From Bacteroidales bacterium (GTDB taxonomy: Bacteria > Bacteroidota > Bacteroidia > Bacteroidales > F082): DNA of 64,000 nt. The notes under the pieces were generated by a model. It was not told the origin of the DNA. It ran no database searches and worked only from the letters and a program-made list of their open reading frames with translations. Both the position numbers and the translations under genes were made by a program. Shown here one piece after another: positions 1-9,309 of the stretch; within the stretch, counting starts at the first letter, position 1; each line of letters starts with the position of its first letter. The stretch spans positions 5,613 to 69,612 of the forward strand of contig JAFOBJ010000085.1 in the NCBI GenBank assembly GCA_017381865.1. Reading direction: 5' to 3'.

Positions 1-108
1 ATGGAAGCTGCCGCATTAGTAAATTCAAATGAGGCAAAGATCGCTCAACTTCAAGCTGATGTTGAATGCGCATCTGGTTGTGGAATATGTGGTTACGGTA
101 GTAACTAA
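1..108 (+). CDS. Small Cys-rich peptide, 35 aa as seen (candidate RiPP precursor; could be truncated by the window edge)
   Basis: ATG at 1 to TAA at 106-108 gives MEAAALVNSNEAKIAQLQADVECASGCGICGYGSN. Leader-like N-terminal part, then a Gly-rich CX3CX2C tail. Co-oriented with and directly upstream of a B12-binding radical SAM gene. Confidence 0.4.
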   Translation: MEAAALVNSNEAKIAQLQADVECASGCGICGYGSN

Positions 109-125
109 TATTCATTCAACACTTG

Positions 126-153
126 AGCCTGCTTAATTTGGGTTAAGCAGGCT
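126..153 (+). promoter_or_regulatory. Intercistronic stem-loop between the peptide ORF and the radical SAM gene
   Basis: Perfect 11-bp arms AGCCTGCTTAA / TTAAGCAGGCT with a 6-nt loop. Only a weak T tract follows, so an attenuator or RNA-stabilising hairpin is more likely than a full terminator. Confidence 0.4.
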
Positions 154-189
154 TCCATTTATCAAGACCTATTGAATTTTATAGACATT

Positions 190-1992
190 ATGCAATATAT
201 ATATAACCCACAAGAAAATACCAAAGCAGATGCGTTACTTGTTCAATTATCTGCTAATCCTTATTTTGACATGCTTTCTTCTTATAGCATTGGGCAATTA
301 GGATTATATTATTTAGCAGAATACGCAGATAGATTTGGTTACATTGCAAAGGTTAAATACTACAACTCATTTGATGAAGTATCTAAATTAATTCCTCAGA
401 TAACAGAAAAGATTTCTTGTCGTATACTTGGATTTTATGTAGATAGTGACAATATTTGGGCATTAAGGACATTGATACCTTTATTACAACAAAGTTGCCC
501 CAATATTAACATCATTTTAGGAGGTCCTCAAGTAACAGGTGATCCATATGGCACACTACGATTAATACCAAATGTTACCTGCGGTGTTATTGGAGAAGGC
601 GAAATTCCTTTTCTAAAATTATTACAAGCAAACTCATATAGCGATGACATATTAAGCAATATTAATGGTCTGATATATTACAATTCATATAATGAACTTA
701 TCATAACAAAATCTCAAGAACAAAATCCTAATATTGATGAATTTGGATATCCTAAGAGAGAGAAATACTGTTTAGATTCAGGAAAAGTTACTTTCTCCCA
801 ATTAATAACAGGAAGAGGATGCATGGGACGTTGTGCTTTCTGTTTTGAAGGTAGTATAGAACATACAAATTTACGGATACGCAATATAGATTCATGTCTA
901 GAAGAAATTGACTATTTAGTAGAAACCTACGGAGCTAAATACATTAATATAGTAGATGACACCTTCATTTTAAATAGGAAACGAACCGAGGAGTTCTGTA
1001 ATAGGCTTATAAATAAATATAACGGCAATATTAAATGGTATTGCGAAGCGAGAGCAGATATATTGTCTAAAAACATTGATATTCTGCCATTATTAAAGAA
1101 ATCTGGATTGGTCAAGATACAGTTAGGAGGTGAATCTGGATGCCAGGAAATTCTGGATGCATATAAAAAAGGGGTAACTATAAAACAGTTAGAGTTTGTT
1201 ACGAAAAAAATAATGGAGGCTGGCATTCCGTATGTCTATGCCAACTTCATAATAGGAGGAGCATTTGAGACAGAATCAACATTCAACAAAACATTAGACT
1301 TCGCTAAAAAGTTAATGCGTATCGCACCTGGTCATGTTGAAGTAAGTTCATCTGTTTTTACTCCAACACCAGGTTCTCCAATGTATAATAATCCAGAAGA
1401 GTATGGCTTGAAAATTATAGATAAGAAATGTATAAGAGGAGCAAGTTGTTCCTTTGTATTTGCAGAAACTGAGCAACTGAATCAATATAAGATTTGGCAA
1501 TTACGAAATAAGTTTAACAATGAAATAAAAAATGAATACACTTCATTATTGGATGAAATATCCATTGAGCAGTTAAAAAATATATTCTATCTATCAACAA
1601 AATTCTCTATAGATACCCCATGGTCAAATCTGTTAAAAAGTAAGGCTCATTACAGAAATTATTTTGAACCTTTAGTTAGAGGGGGGTTCTACTCTTTTAG
1701 CGAAATACCTATCGACGATATATTTTCTAGTATTCCTTTAAGAACCACACACCTGAGTTCTGATGGCGTTGCATTTTATAGGATTAAACGTTCTGGAGAA
1801 TATATAAAGAATAGTAATTTAGCAAATGCTTTAATTACATTATCAGCTGGAAAATTGACATTCCTAGATATTTTTAACATGATAAAATCAAATCCTACCT
1901 TTATTACAAAAAATAGCAATATTCTTGATGAATGCATATCAATATATAGAGAATTCGAACAAGAATTTTCAGTTATTTGGAAAAAGATCTAA
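190..1992 (+). CDS. B12-binding-domain radical SAM enzyme (class B rSAM-like)
   Basis: VIGEGEIPF (the GEGE motif of cobalamin-binding rSAM N-domains), then GRGCMGRCAFCFEG (CX3CX2C). The ORF opens at TTG 172; the first ATG is at 190. No SPASM-type C-terminal Cys cluster is visible. Confidence 0.85.
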   Translation: MQYIYNPQENTKADALLVQLSANPYFDMLSSYSIGQLGLYYLAEYADRFGYIAKVKYYNSFDEVSKLIPQITEKISCRILGFYVDSDNIWALRTLIPLLQQSCPNINIILGGPQVTGDPYGTLRLIPNVTCGVIGEGEIPFLKLLQANSYSDDILSNINGLIYYNSYNELIITKSQEQNPNIDEFGYPKREKYCLDSGKVTFSQLITGRGCMGRCAFCFEGSIEHTNLRIRNIDSCLEEIDYLVETYGAKYINIVDDTFILNRKRTEEFCNRLINKYNGNIKWYCEARADILSKNIDILPLLKKSGLVKIQLGGESGCQEILDAYKKGVTIKQLEFVTKKIMEAGIPYVYANFIIGGAFETESTFNKTLDFAKKLMRIAPGHVEVSSSVFTPTPGSPMYNNPEEYGLKIIDKKCIRGASCSFVFAETEQLNQYKIWQLRNKFNNEIKNEYTSLLDEISIEQLKNIFYLSTKFSIDTPWSNLLKSKAHYRNYFEPLVRGGFYSFSEIPIDDIFSSIPLRTTHLSSDGVAFYRIKRSGEYIKNSNLANALITLSAGKLTFLDIFNMIKSNPTFITKNSNILDECISIYREFEQEFSVIWKKI

Positions 1993-2016
1993 ATATTAAG
2001 ACATAGCATTAAACTT

Positions 2017-2937
2017 ATGCAATATACCGACACTTTACATATAGATAAAGATACTCTTTGGAATGAGGACATTCTCAGGATGATACAAGAATTTACGCAA
2101 AAAACAGCTTCTAATACTGCTTTTAGTTTTTGGCGTGAAGCAGATTTTTGGGAATATTTGGCAATCGGTCTATCATTTTTGGCGATTGTGTTAGCTGTTG
2201 TTACTGCAATTTTACAGTGGAAAACTGAAAGAAATACGAGAATGTCTTTAAGTATGAAAACCCAGGTTTATGAATCTATATTCAAGTCCTTACTCAATGA
2301 TCTTTACAGAATACAATGTGATATTATATCGTTACAAATTATTTTAATAGAAAATGATTTTCGGTCATACCCAACAGATCGGTTTTTAAAAAATATGATG
2401 ATTAGATTTGATGATTCTAATCTTGATTCATTTTTAGTTGTATTTAATAAAAAAAATAAAAGTAAGGTAGAAGAGCATTATCTTAAAATGCAAGAAATCA
2501 ATCGGCTAACTCAGAATTATAATGTTAGTCTTGAAATGTTAATGGAACATTTAAAAGATCCATCAATAGATAAAAACACTAAATTATTTGATTTTTCAGT
2601 CATAAATAATAACATAAGTTTTCTAAGTCAAAAAATACTTCAAACTGCCGTATTTATATACGGAAAGAATTCTGATGTTACTACTTCTCTATTGCATTAT
2701 GTTAAAAAAGCATTAGAATATTATCAGGAAGGTGAAATTAATACAACTTCTATGGATTGTTATATAAATCTTAAAAAATACGAAAAAATTATTATCCCAA
2801 TTCTTAATAACTATTTCGAACATACTAATATTAAATCCACAAAAGATATAATGTTATTGTCTTATAGACTAATATCAAACGAAATAGATATGAAAGATTC
2901 AGATGTAATAAACAGCTTAATAGATTTTAAGGTATAA
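2017..2937 (+). CDS. Hypothetical single-pass membrane protein
   Basis: 306-aa ORF starting 24 nt after the rSAM stop. One hydrophobic helix, FWEYLAIGLSFLAIVLAVVTAILQW. No family recognised. Confidence 0.55.
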   Translation: MQYTDTLHIDKDTLWNEDILRMIQEFTQKTASNTAFSFWREADFWEYLAIGLSFLAIVLAVVTAILQWKTERNTRMSLSMKTQVYESIFKSLLNDLYRIQCDIISLQIILIENDFRSYPTDRFLKNMMIRFDDSNLDSFLVVFNKKNKSKVEEHYLKMQEINRLTQNYNVSLEMLMEHLKDPSIDKNTKLFDFSVINNNISFLSQKILQTAVFIYGKNSDVTTSLLHYVKKALEYYQEGEINTTSMDCYINLKKYEKIIIPILNNYFEHTNIKSTKDIMLLSYRLISNEIDMKDSDVINSLIDFKV

Positions 2938-3066
2938 TGATAATCGAACTAAATGGAAAACAGATAGTAAAAATCATAGTTATTCTGTTTCAATATGTGT
3001 TTTTTAGCATTTCAATAATATAAAACTTTATAATGAAATTTCCATTTAGATGTGGAGAGAATTAAT

Positions 3067-4116
3067 ATGGACATAAATTTCTTAAATGCGATTTTGAACA
3101 CTCATAGCGTTTCTGGTTTTGAGAATAAAGCAGGAAAACTTTTTCTAGATTATATCGAACAATATGTTGATTCCACTGACACAGATATTATAGGAAACAG
3201 CTATGCTAATATTGGCAATATGTCAGAAGACAATTCAACTCTGAAAATTCTATTAGAAGCACATATAGATGAGATTGGATTTCAAGTTATATATATTGAT
3301 GACAGTGGTTTTATCTACATTCGTAAAAATGGAGGTATTGATATACAATGTATTCCCGGTTCACAAATAGTTATACAAACATCATCTGGTGAAGAATTAT
3401 TGGGAGTTATTGGAAAGAAGCCAATACATTTGACAGCTCCAGAAGAGAGAAACAAAAATATTGAATTGCATACTTTGTGGATTGATACTGGTTTATCTCC
3501 TGACGAAGTGAAGAAAAAGATTTCCATCGGAGATGTTGTCGCTTGGCAGTCTAATGTGATACATTTGTCAGATAAAAGAATCTCATCTAAAGGTTTAGAC
3601 GACAAAGTCGGTGTATATATAATAAGTCAAGTCTTAAAAAAATTATCGACAAATAAGGTTTCTCATGTTCAAGTATGCGGTATTGCATCTGTTCAAGAGG
3701 AAGTTGGTCATCGAGGAGCAATGGTTTGTTGTCACAAATTAAATCCAGATATAGCAATTAGTATAGATGTTGACTTTGCAACAGATGTTCCTGACTGTCC
3801 TAAAACTAAATTTGGTGATATATTATTAGGGAACGGTGTCGTGATTCATAGAAGTATTGATAATACCAGCTCAATAGCATTATTAGCCGAAAAAATAGCA
3901 CAGGAGAATAATATAAAATACCAGATTTCAGCACGACCAACCTCTGTAGGAGGAACTAATGCAATGGTACTTCAACAAACAAAAGGCGGTATAAGAACAA
4001 TTAGCTTAGGAATACCATGCAGATATATGCACACACCTGTTGAATTGTGTGATTTGGATGATATAAAATCTGCAATTGAATTGTTATATCACTTCATTAT
4101 AGAAATCAACAATTAA
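3067..4116 (+). CDS. M42 family aminopeptidase (FrvX/CelM-like)
   Basis: Motifs LEAHIDEIGF, KGLDDKVG and VQEEVGHRGA and about 350 aa fit the M42 glutamyl aminopeptidase family. GTG at 3052 is an alternative start. Confidence 0.8.
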   Translation: MDINFLNAILNTHSVSGFENKAGKLFLDYIEQYVDSTDTDIIGNSYANIGNMSEDNSTLKILLEAHIDEIGFQVIYIDDSGFIYIRKNGGIDIQCIPGSQIVIQTSSGEELLGVIGKKPIHLTAPEERNKNIELHTLWIDTGLSPDEVKKKISIGDVVAWQSNVIHLSDKRISSKGLDDKVGVYIISQVLKKLSTNKVSHVQVCGIASVQEEVGHRGAMVCCHKLNPDIAISIDVDFATDVPDCPKTKFGDILLGNGVVIHRSIDNTSSIALLAEKIAQENNIKYQISARPTSVGGTNAMVLQQTKGGIRTISLGIPCRYMHTPVELCDLDDIKSAIELLYHFIIEINN

Positions 4117-4334
4117 ATATTTATAAGTTTTTTTATGTCCAGGAAATGAAAAGACACAAAAACTTCCATAGTAACTTTTCCCTCAAAAATATTTTCATAA
4201 TCGAAAAATAATCTTTACGTTTGGCACGTTAAATTCACGTTTTGTTAACAATTTAAGCCGATATGGTATATAACAGAGACAATACAACCGAACTCCCTAT
4301 CAAATTAGAATAGGACAATGATAATGTTTCAAAA

Positions 4335-4625
4335 ATGTCTATGGATATAACAATAGATGGCTATTCTATAGGAATTATAATGGAATTCAAATATGATGAC
4401 AAGTTGAATCCATTCAAGAATTTATTGACATTATACCCAGAAGAATCTAGCTGCTTTGAATTCAGCAAAAACAATGTAACAGAAATAAAATATACAGAAT
4501 ATATTAAAGAAAGTTCTTATTACGAATCAGATACTGACGTAGATTATTTCACATATACATACGACGGCAAATACCCTGTTACTAGAGATGACGGCTGGAG
4601 CAAAGAATATTTTGAATACAAATAA
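4335..4625 (+). CDS. Hypothetical small acidic Tyr-rich protein
   Basis: 96-aa ORF followed by a hairpin terminator. No recognisable family and no clear promoter. Confidence 0.35.
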   Translation: MSMDITIDGYSIGIIMEFKYDDKLNPFKNLLTLYPEESSCFEFSKNNVTEIKYTEYIKESSYYESDTDVDYFTYTYDGKYPVTRDDGWSKEYFEYK

Positions 4626-4642
4626 TATTTTAATACGTAAAA

Positions 4643-4677
4643 ATAAAAGGTCATTTCGAACTGAAGTGACCTTTTAT
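4643..4677. terminator. Hairpin terminator between convergent genes
   Basis: ATAAAAGGTCA ... TGACCTTTTAT arms flanked by A and T runs, between the 4335..4625 ORF (+) and mnmA (-). Confidence 0.6.
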
Positions 4678-4690
4678 TTTCAATTTTCAA

Positions 4691-5752
4691 TTATCCAATC
4701 ACTCCACTTCCCAAAACAACCGGCTCCGTCTCGTGATAGATGATGCCGAATTGTCCGGCTGCTACTCCTGAAATAGCTTCGTCTGATATTATTGTCAAGC
4801 CGTTTTCTGTGAGTTTAAGATTTCCTAAGTTAAATCCTGGTTGATGGCGTATCTTATATCGTACTCTTTGTCCGTCAGCTAATGTAATAGCAGGATTCAT
4901 CGCCATGACATCAACCAAGTCGATGTTGTTTGTGTATTGAGCTATAGGATCGTAGCCTTTTGAAACATAGATAAGATTTCTTTCTGTGTCTTTCTTGACG
5001 ACGAACCAAGGACCTCCGCCTAAACCCAAACCTTTTCTCTGACCTATAGTATGGAACCAGAATCCCTTATGTTTTCCGAGTTTCTTGCCTGTTTCCATCT
5101 CTATGATGTCGCCTTCTTTTTCGCCTACATATTCTCTGATATAATCATTGTAGTTGATTTTACCCAAGAAACAAATACCTTGAGAGTCGTGGCGTTGTGC
5201 GCTTGGAAGCTTATGGAATTCCGCTAAACGACGCACCTCAGCCTTTGGCAAATCGCCGATAGGGAACATCGCCTTTGATAATTGATGATATGTTATTCTA
5301 GCGAGGAAATCGGTCTGGTCTTTAAAAGTATCGACTGCTGTTCCGAGCCATGAGATGCCGTTTTCGTCATACCACTGACGAGCGTAGTGACCGGTAGCTA
5401 TTCTGTCAAACTGGTAGCCCATCTTTTCCTCAAAGGCACCGAATTTAATCATTCTGTTACACATTACGTCAGGATTTGGCGTCAATCCTTTGCGTACCGA
5501 ATCCATGGTATAAGAAGCTACTCTGTCGTAATATTCTTTTTGTAAATCAACGATGTCGAATTTACATCCGTATTTTTTAGCGATGTATGTCGTTATTTCA
5601 ATATCTTCTTCTGAAGGACAATCCATCAAATCGTCTTTACCTTCGAGGCCAATTTTAATATAAAAGATATGAGGGTCGAAGCCTTGTTCTTTCAAAATTG
5701 GGACCATTACGGAGCTATCGACGCCACCAGACACCAAAGCAGCAATATTCAT
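4691..5752 (-). CDS. mnmA: tRNA-specific 2-thiouridylase
   Basis: N-terminal PP-loop ALVSGGVDSSV, 353 aa, conserved MnmA-like layout throughout. Confidence 0.93.
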   Translation of the reverse strand: MNIAALVSGGVDSSVMVPILKEQGFDPHIFYIKIGLEGKDDLMDCPSEEDIEITTYIAKKYGCKFDIVDLQKEYYDRVASYTMDSVRKGLTPNPDVMCNRMIKFGAFEEKMGYQFDRIATGHYARQWYDENGISWLGTAVDTFKDQTDFLARITYHQLSKAMFPIGDLPKAEVRRLAEFHKLPSAQRHDSQGICFLGKINYNDYIREYVGEKEGDIIEMETGKKLGKHKGFWFHTIGQRKGLGLGGGPWFVVKKDTERNLIYVSKGYDPIAQYTNNIDLVDVMAMNPAITLADGQRVRYKIRHQPGFNLGNLKLTENGLTIISDEAISGVAAGQFGIIYHETEPVVLGSGVIG

Positions 5753-5763
5753 CAGAGTCAGTT

Positions 5764-6594
5764 TTATTTAATGTTAACAGATTTTATTTCAGTCTTAACG
5801 ACTCTCACATAACCTATATTTTCAAACTCTTTTTCGACAGCGCCATAGAAAGCTCCGTTGCGTTTACATCTGTAGGCAGCCCAAGTTCTGTCGCCATAAG
5901 AGAAATGCCACCAACGATCTGGAGTATTGACGAATTTCTGAGATTTCATAAGATGTCTTAACATTTTACGGTTCTCTTTCTGTTCTTGTGTAAGATTTAC
6001 TTTTTGGTTTTTCTCTTGATATTTTGTTCCAAAATCAAAGTCGTTTTTATTTTCATCACAGAGAGCCAAGTCGATAGCAGCGCCTGTATCATGGCCGCCC
6101 ATATTTACGTTAGGGCTAGACACTTTTGCATTTACGAGTTCAAGAAGCGCAGCGCGGCTCATATTAGGATTTTCTTTTGTCAATCTTTCCTCTTCCTGTT
6201 TCCAAGTATTATAAACAGAAATACGAGAGCGGAACGTGCTATATATCTTCAAATAAACATTATCTGGAAGGCTATCAGCAATTTTATAGAGCTTCATAGC
6301 TACAGTCTTTCTTAAAAATACTGGATGTTCCAAAGTGTCGTCGTTATGGAAAATTTTAGGATGTTTAACAATTTCCACTAAAGGCTCATTACATTCCTTA
6401 ACGTGAGTTTTTGAAATGGAAGACCTTGACATTCTTCTAACTATACCAAATTTGTAGGCGAAATAGTTAACATAATAACTAAATCTCTGTCTGTTTTTTT
6501 TATTTTTAAAATGAAGTATTGTTGCTATGACAAATGCAAATACCAATACCCAAATTAACACTTCAACAAAATTATATTTAAGATATTCCACCAT
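5764..6594 (-). CDS. M15-family D-Ala-D-Ala dipeptidase-like protein (VanX/DdpX-like) with N-terminal membrane anchor
   Basis: GGHDTGAAIDLAL (SxHxxGxAxD-like zinc motif) and WWHFSYGD near the C-terminus. N-terminal hydrophobic helix. Confidence 0.7.
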   Translation of the reverse strand: MVEYLKYNFVEVLIWVLVFAFVIATILHFKNKKNRQRFSYYVNYFAYKFGIVRRMSRSSISKTHVKECNEPLVEIVKHPKIFHNDDTLEHPVFLRKTVAMKLYKIADSLPDNVYLKIYSTFRSRISVYNTWKQEEERLTKENPNMSRAALLELVNAKVSSPNVNMGGHDTGAAIDLALCDENKNDFDFGTKYQEKNQKVNLTQEQKENRKMLRHLMKSQKFVNTPDRWWHFSYGDRTWAAYRCKRNGAFYGAVEKEFENIGYVRVVKTEIKSVNIK

Positions 6595-6600
6595 AATTAA

Positions 6601-7368
6601 TTATTTATTTAATTCAACAACAATAGGACAATGGTCTGAAAAATTCACTTCAGGCATTATCGAAACATTTTTTAACATATCATTAAGATTTTCTGTCACG
6701 ATATGATAGTCAATGCGCCAGCCTTTATTATTTTGCTTTGCATTTGCGCGATAGCTCCACCAGCTATAATGATGAGGTTCTTTGTTGAGATGGCGGAAGC
6801 TGTCGATATAACCATCGCTGAGGAAATCCGTAAACCATTGTCTCTCTTCTGGCAAGAATCCTGATGATTTAGCGTTTCGTATCGGGTCGTGAATATCGAT
6901 GGCCTCGTGACAGATGTTATAATCGCCAGATATTACCAATTGAGGGCGTGATTTTCTAAGTTCGTTAACATAAGAACGGAAGAAATCGAGCCATTTCATT
7001 TTAAAATCCTGGCGTTCGTCGCCACTTGTTCCAGATGGATGATAGACGCTCACGACTGACAAATCGCCGAAATCAGCTCTAATGAAACGGCCTTCGTCAT
7101 CATATTCTGGATTATTCATTCCGTAGACGACATTATCTGGAGTTATTTTTGAAAGTATGGCCACTCCGCTGTAGCCTTTTTTCTTAGCTGGGAACCAGAA
7201 ATGCTGATAACCTAACATCTCTATTTCCATAAGAGGAATTTGGTCTTGAGTTGCCTTAATCTCTTGTAGACAAACGACATCTGGCGAATTAGCCTCCAGC
7301 CATTGAAGCAGCCCTTTTGAGATAGCAGCTCTTATTCCGTTAACGTTATAACTAAAAATCCTCATCAC
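6601..7368 (-). CDS. xth: Exodeoxyribonuclease III / AP endonuclease
   Basis: MRIFSYNVNGIRA N-terminus, CLQEIK, SDHCPIVVEL C-terminus, 255 aa. Confidence 0.9.
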   Translation of the reverse strand: MMRIFSYNVNGIRAAISKGLLQWLEANSPDVVCLQEIKATQDQIPLMEIEMLGYQHFWFPAKKKGYSGVAILSKITPDNVVYGMNNPEYDDEGRFIRADFGDLSVVSVYHPSGTSGDERQDFKMKWLDFFRSYVNELRKSRPQLVISGDYNICHEAIDIHDPIRNAKSSGFLPEERQWFTDFLSDGYIDSFRHLNKEPHHYSWWSYRANAKQNNKGWRIDYHIVTENLNDMLKNVSIMPEVNFSDHCPIVVELNK

Positions 7369-7467
7369 AATAATAGTTTCTGCAAATATAAAAAATATTT
7401 GTTCAAAAACGCCTATGTTACGAATTCATTTTTTATATTTGAAGACTTAAATTTTGAATATCATAAA

Positions 7468-9255
7468 ATGAAAATAAAAGCTCGTACTATATTATTGGCG
7501 CAGAAAATTAATAGGTGGCGTTATGCACACATGTCGGAGAAACAATTCATGTTGCTGTTGAGCATTCCTACAGGTTTTCTGGCAGGTCTTTCAGCTATCA
7601 TCATCAAGAAATTAGCTCACTTTATCAGAGATTTTTTCTATAACATCGCAACGACAGAAGACCATTACGGACTATTGTTTTTCATCCTTCCAGCCGTCGG
7701 TATTTTGTTCACAATCATATTCTGTCGCTACATTTTAAAGAGAGATGTCGGCCACGGCATTCCTGGAATTTTGTATGCCATACAGAAAAACAAAGGAGCT
7801 GTGAAGCCTTACAACACCTACGCTTCCATTATCACGAGTGCGCTGACTGTAGGTTTCGGTGGTTCTGTCGGACTTGAAGGCCCGTCGGTTTCAACGGGTT
7901 CCGCCATCGGCTCAAATGTCGGTCAACTTCTTCGTTTAAATCAGAAAAACATAGTCGTGCTCATCGGCATGGGTTGCGCTGCAGCTTTGGCGTCGATTTT
8001 CCAAGCTCCAATCACAGGCATCATATTCGCTATCGAAGTATTTATGATTGATATTTCCATGGCATCGTTGATACCAATTATTGTATCGTCATTCGTCGCA
8101 ATTTTGACATCATATTATTTTTTAGGAAGAGCTTTCGAATATACAATCACGACGAGTACAGCATTTATGCCTTCTAACTCATTGTTCTACGTTGGCTTAG
8201 GTCTTTTCGTAGGATTGATGTCGGCATATTTCATGTATATTTATTTCAAAGTCGACAAGAAATTCAAGAAGATAGAATCGCCATGGGTAAGATTCGGTTT
8301 CGGTGTGACTGGTCTGGGTATTTTGATTTTCATTTTCCCTGCTTTATACGGTGAAGGCTACGAAGCCATCAACGCTGCTCTCAACGGCGACACATCAATC
8401 TTATTCGAGAACGAATTATTCTCTAGTTTTCAGAATAACATCTGGATAATACTGATAATGCTTTTAGTAATAATATTGCTGAAGGCCATCGCCACTTCAT
8501 TCACATTCGCCGCTGGTGGAGTGGGAGGCACCTTTGCTCCAGCTTTGTTCATAGGCTCATTTTCAGGAATGTTATTTGCATTATTAATGAACACTTTAGG
8601 ATTAGGAAACCTCAATATTACCAACTTCGCACTCGTTGGAATGGGAGGCGTCATCGCAGGAATGCTGCATGCGCCACTGACCGGTATATTCCTCATCGCT
8701 GAAATCACAAACGGATACTCACTCATGGTGCCGATGATGATAGTCTCAGCGATGTCGTACGCCATCAACAGAGCTTTCTTCAAAGACTCAATTTATACTA
8801 AAGCCGTGAGCGACAAAGGCGTCCGCGTTTCTCATAACAAAGACATCAGTATCTTGAATATGATAACTGTCAACAAACTTATTGAAACCAACTTCAAGAC
8901 AATAAGGCCAGAACAAACACTGCGCGACTTACTTCCAATAATATCTTCTTCAACAAGAAACATTTACCCTGTCGTAGATGAAAACGGCAACTTCAAAGGA
9001 CACGTCCTTTTCGACTCAATCCGTAAAATCATCTTCGACCCAGAACAATACGACACTACAATAGAAGACATCATGCTTCTTCCTGATTATCTTGTCACTA
9101 CAGAAGATAGTGCAGAAGAAGTAGTGAAGAAATTTGAACGCTCAGGAAACTATAATATAGCCGTCGTCGATGGAAAAAAATACCTCGGTTATATCTCAAG
9201 AGCTTTGATATTCACAACATATCAAGCAACACTGAAAGAGATTTCGGATGATTGA
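7468..9255 (+). CDS. ClC family chloride channel/transporter with C-terminal CBS pair
   Basis: ClC selectivity-filter-like motifs GHGIPG, GLEGPS and GGTFAPALFIG; many TM helices; C-terminal CBS-like region. ATG 7468 is preferred over the TTG 7399 ORF opening. Confidence 0.85.
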   Translation: MKIKARTILLAQKINRWRYAHMSEKQFMLLLSIPTGFLAGLSAIIIKKLAHFIRDFFYNIATTEDHYGLLFFILPAVGILFTIIFCRYILKRDVGHGIPGILYAIQKNKGAVKPYNTYASIITSALTVGFGGSVGLEGPSVSTGSAIGSNVGQLLRLNQKNIVVLIGMGCAAALASIFQAPITGIIFAIEVFMIDISMASLIPIIVSSFVAILTSYYFLGRAFEYTITTSTAFMPSNSLFYVGLGLFVGLMSAYFMYIYFKVDKKFKKIESPWVRFGFGVTGLGILIFIFPALYGEGYEAINAALNGDTSILFENELFSSFQNNIWIILIMLLVIILLKAIATSFTFAAGGVGGTFAPALFIGSFSGMLFALLMNTLGLGNLNITNFALVGMGGVIAGMLHAPLTGIFLIAEITNGYSLMVPMMIVSAMSYAINRAFFKDSIYTKAVSDKGVRVSHNKDISILNMITVNKLIETNFKTIRPEQTLRDLLPIISSSTRNIYPVVDENGNFKGHVLFDSIRKIIFDPEQYDTTIEDIMLLPDYLVTTEDSAEEVVKKFERSGNYNIAVVDGKKYLGYISRALIFTTYQATLKEISDD

Positions 9256-9261
9256 TTTTTT

Positions 9262-9300
9262 GAACTAAGAACTAATAACTAAGAGCTAAGAACTTTAAAC
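9262..9300 (+). repeat. 7-nt-period degenerate array (GAACTAA GAACTAA TAACTAA GAGCTAA GAACTTT)
   Basis: Read directly. Lies between the ClC stop and the next ATG. 9277-9300 is identical to the reverse complement of 60921-60944. Confidence 0.9.
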
Positions 9301-9309
9301 TTAAAAAAA

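Noticed and set aside
5764-6594. VanX-like D-Ala-D-Ala dipeptidase as evidence of a vancomycin-resistance cluster.
   Set aside because: No vanH/vanA-type ligase or dehydrogenase and no vanRS two-component genes are nearby. The neighbours are mnmA and xth. This is more likely a cell-wall peptide recycling enzyme.
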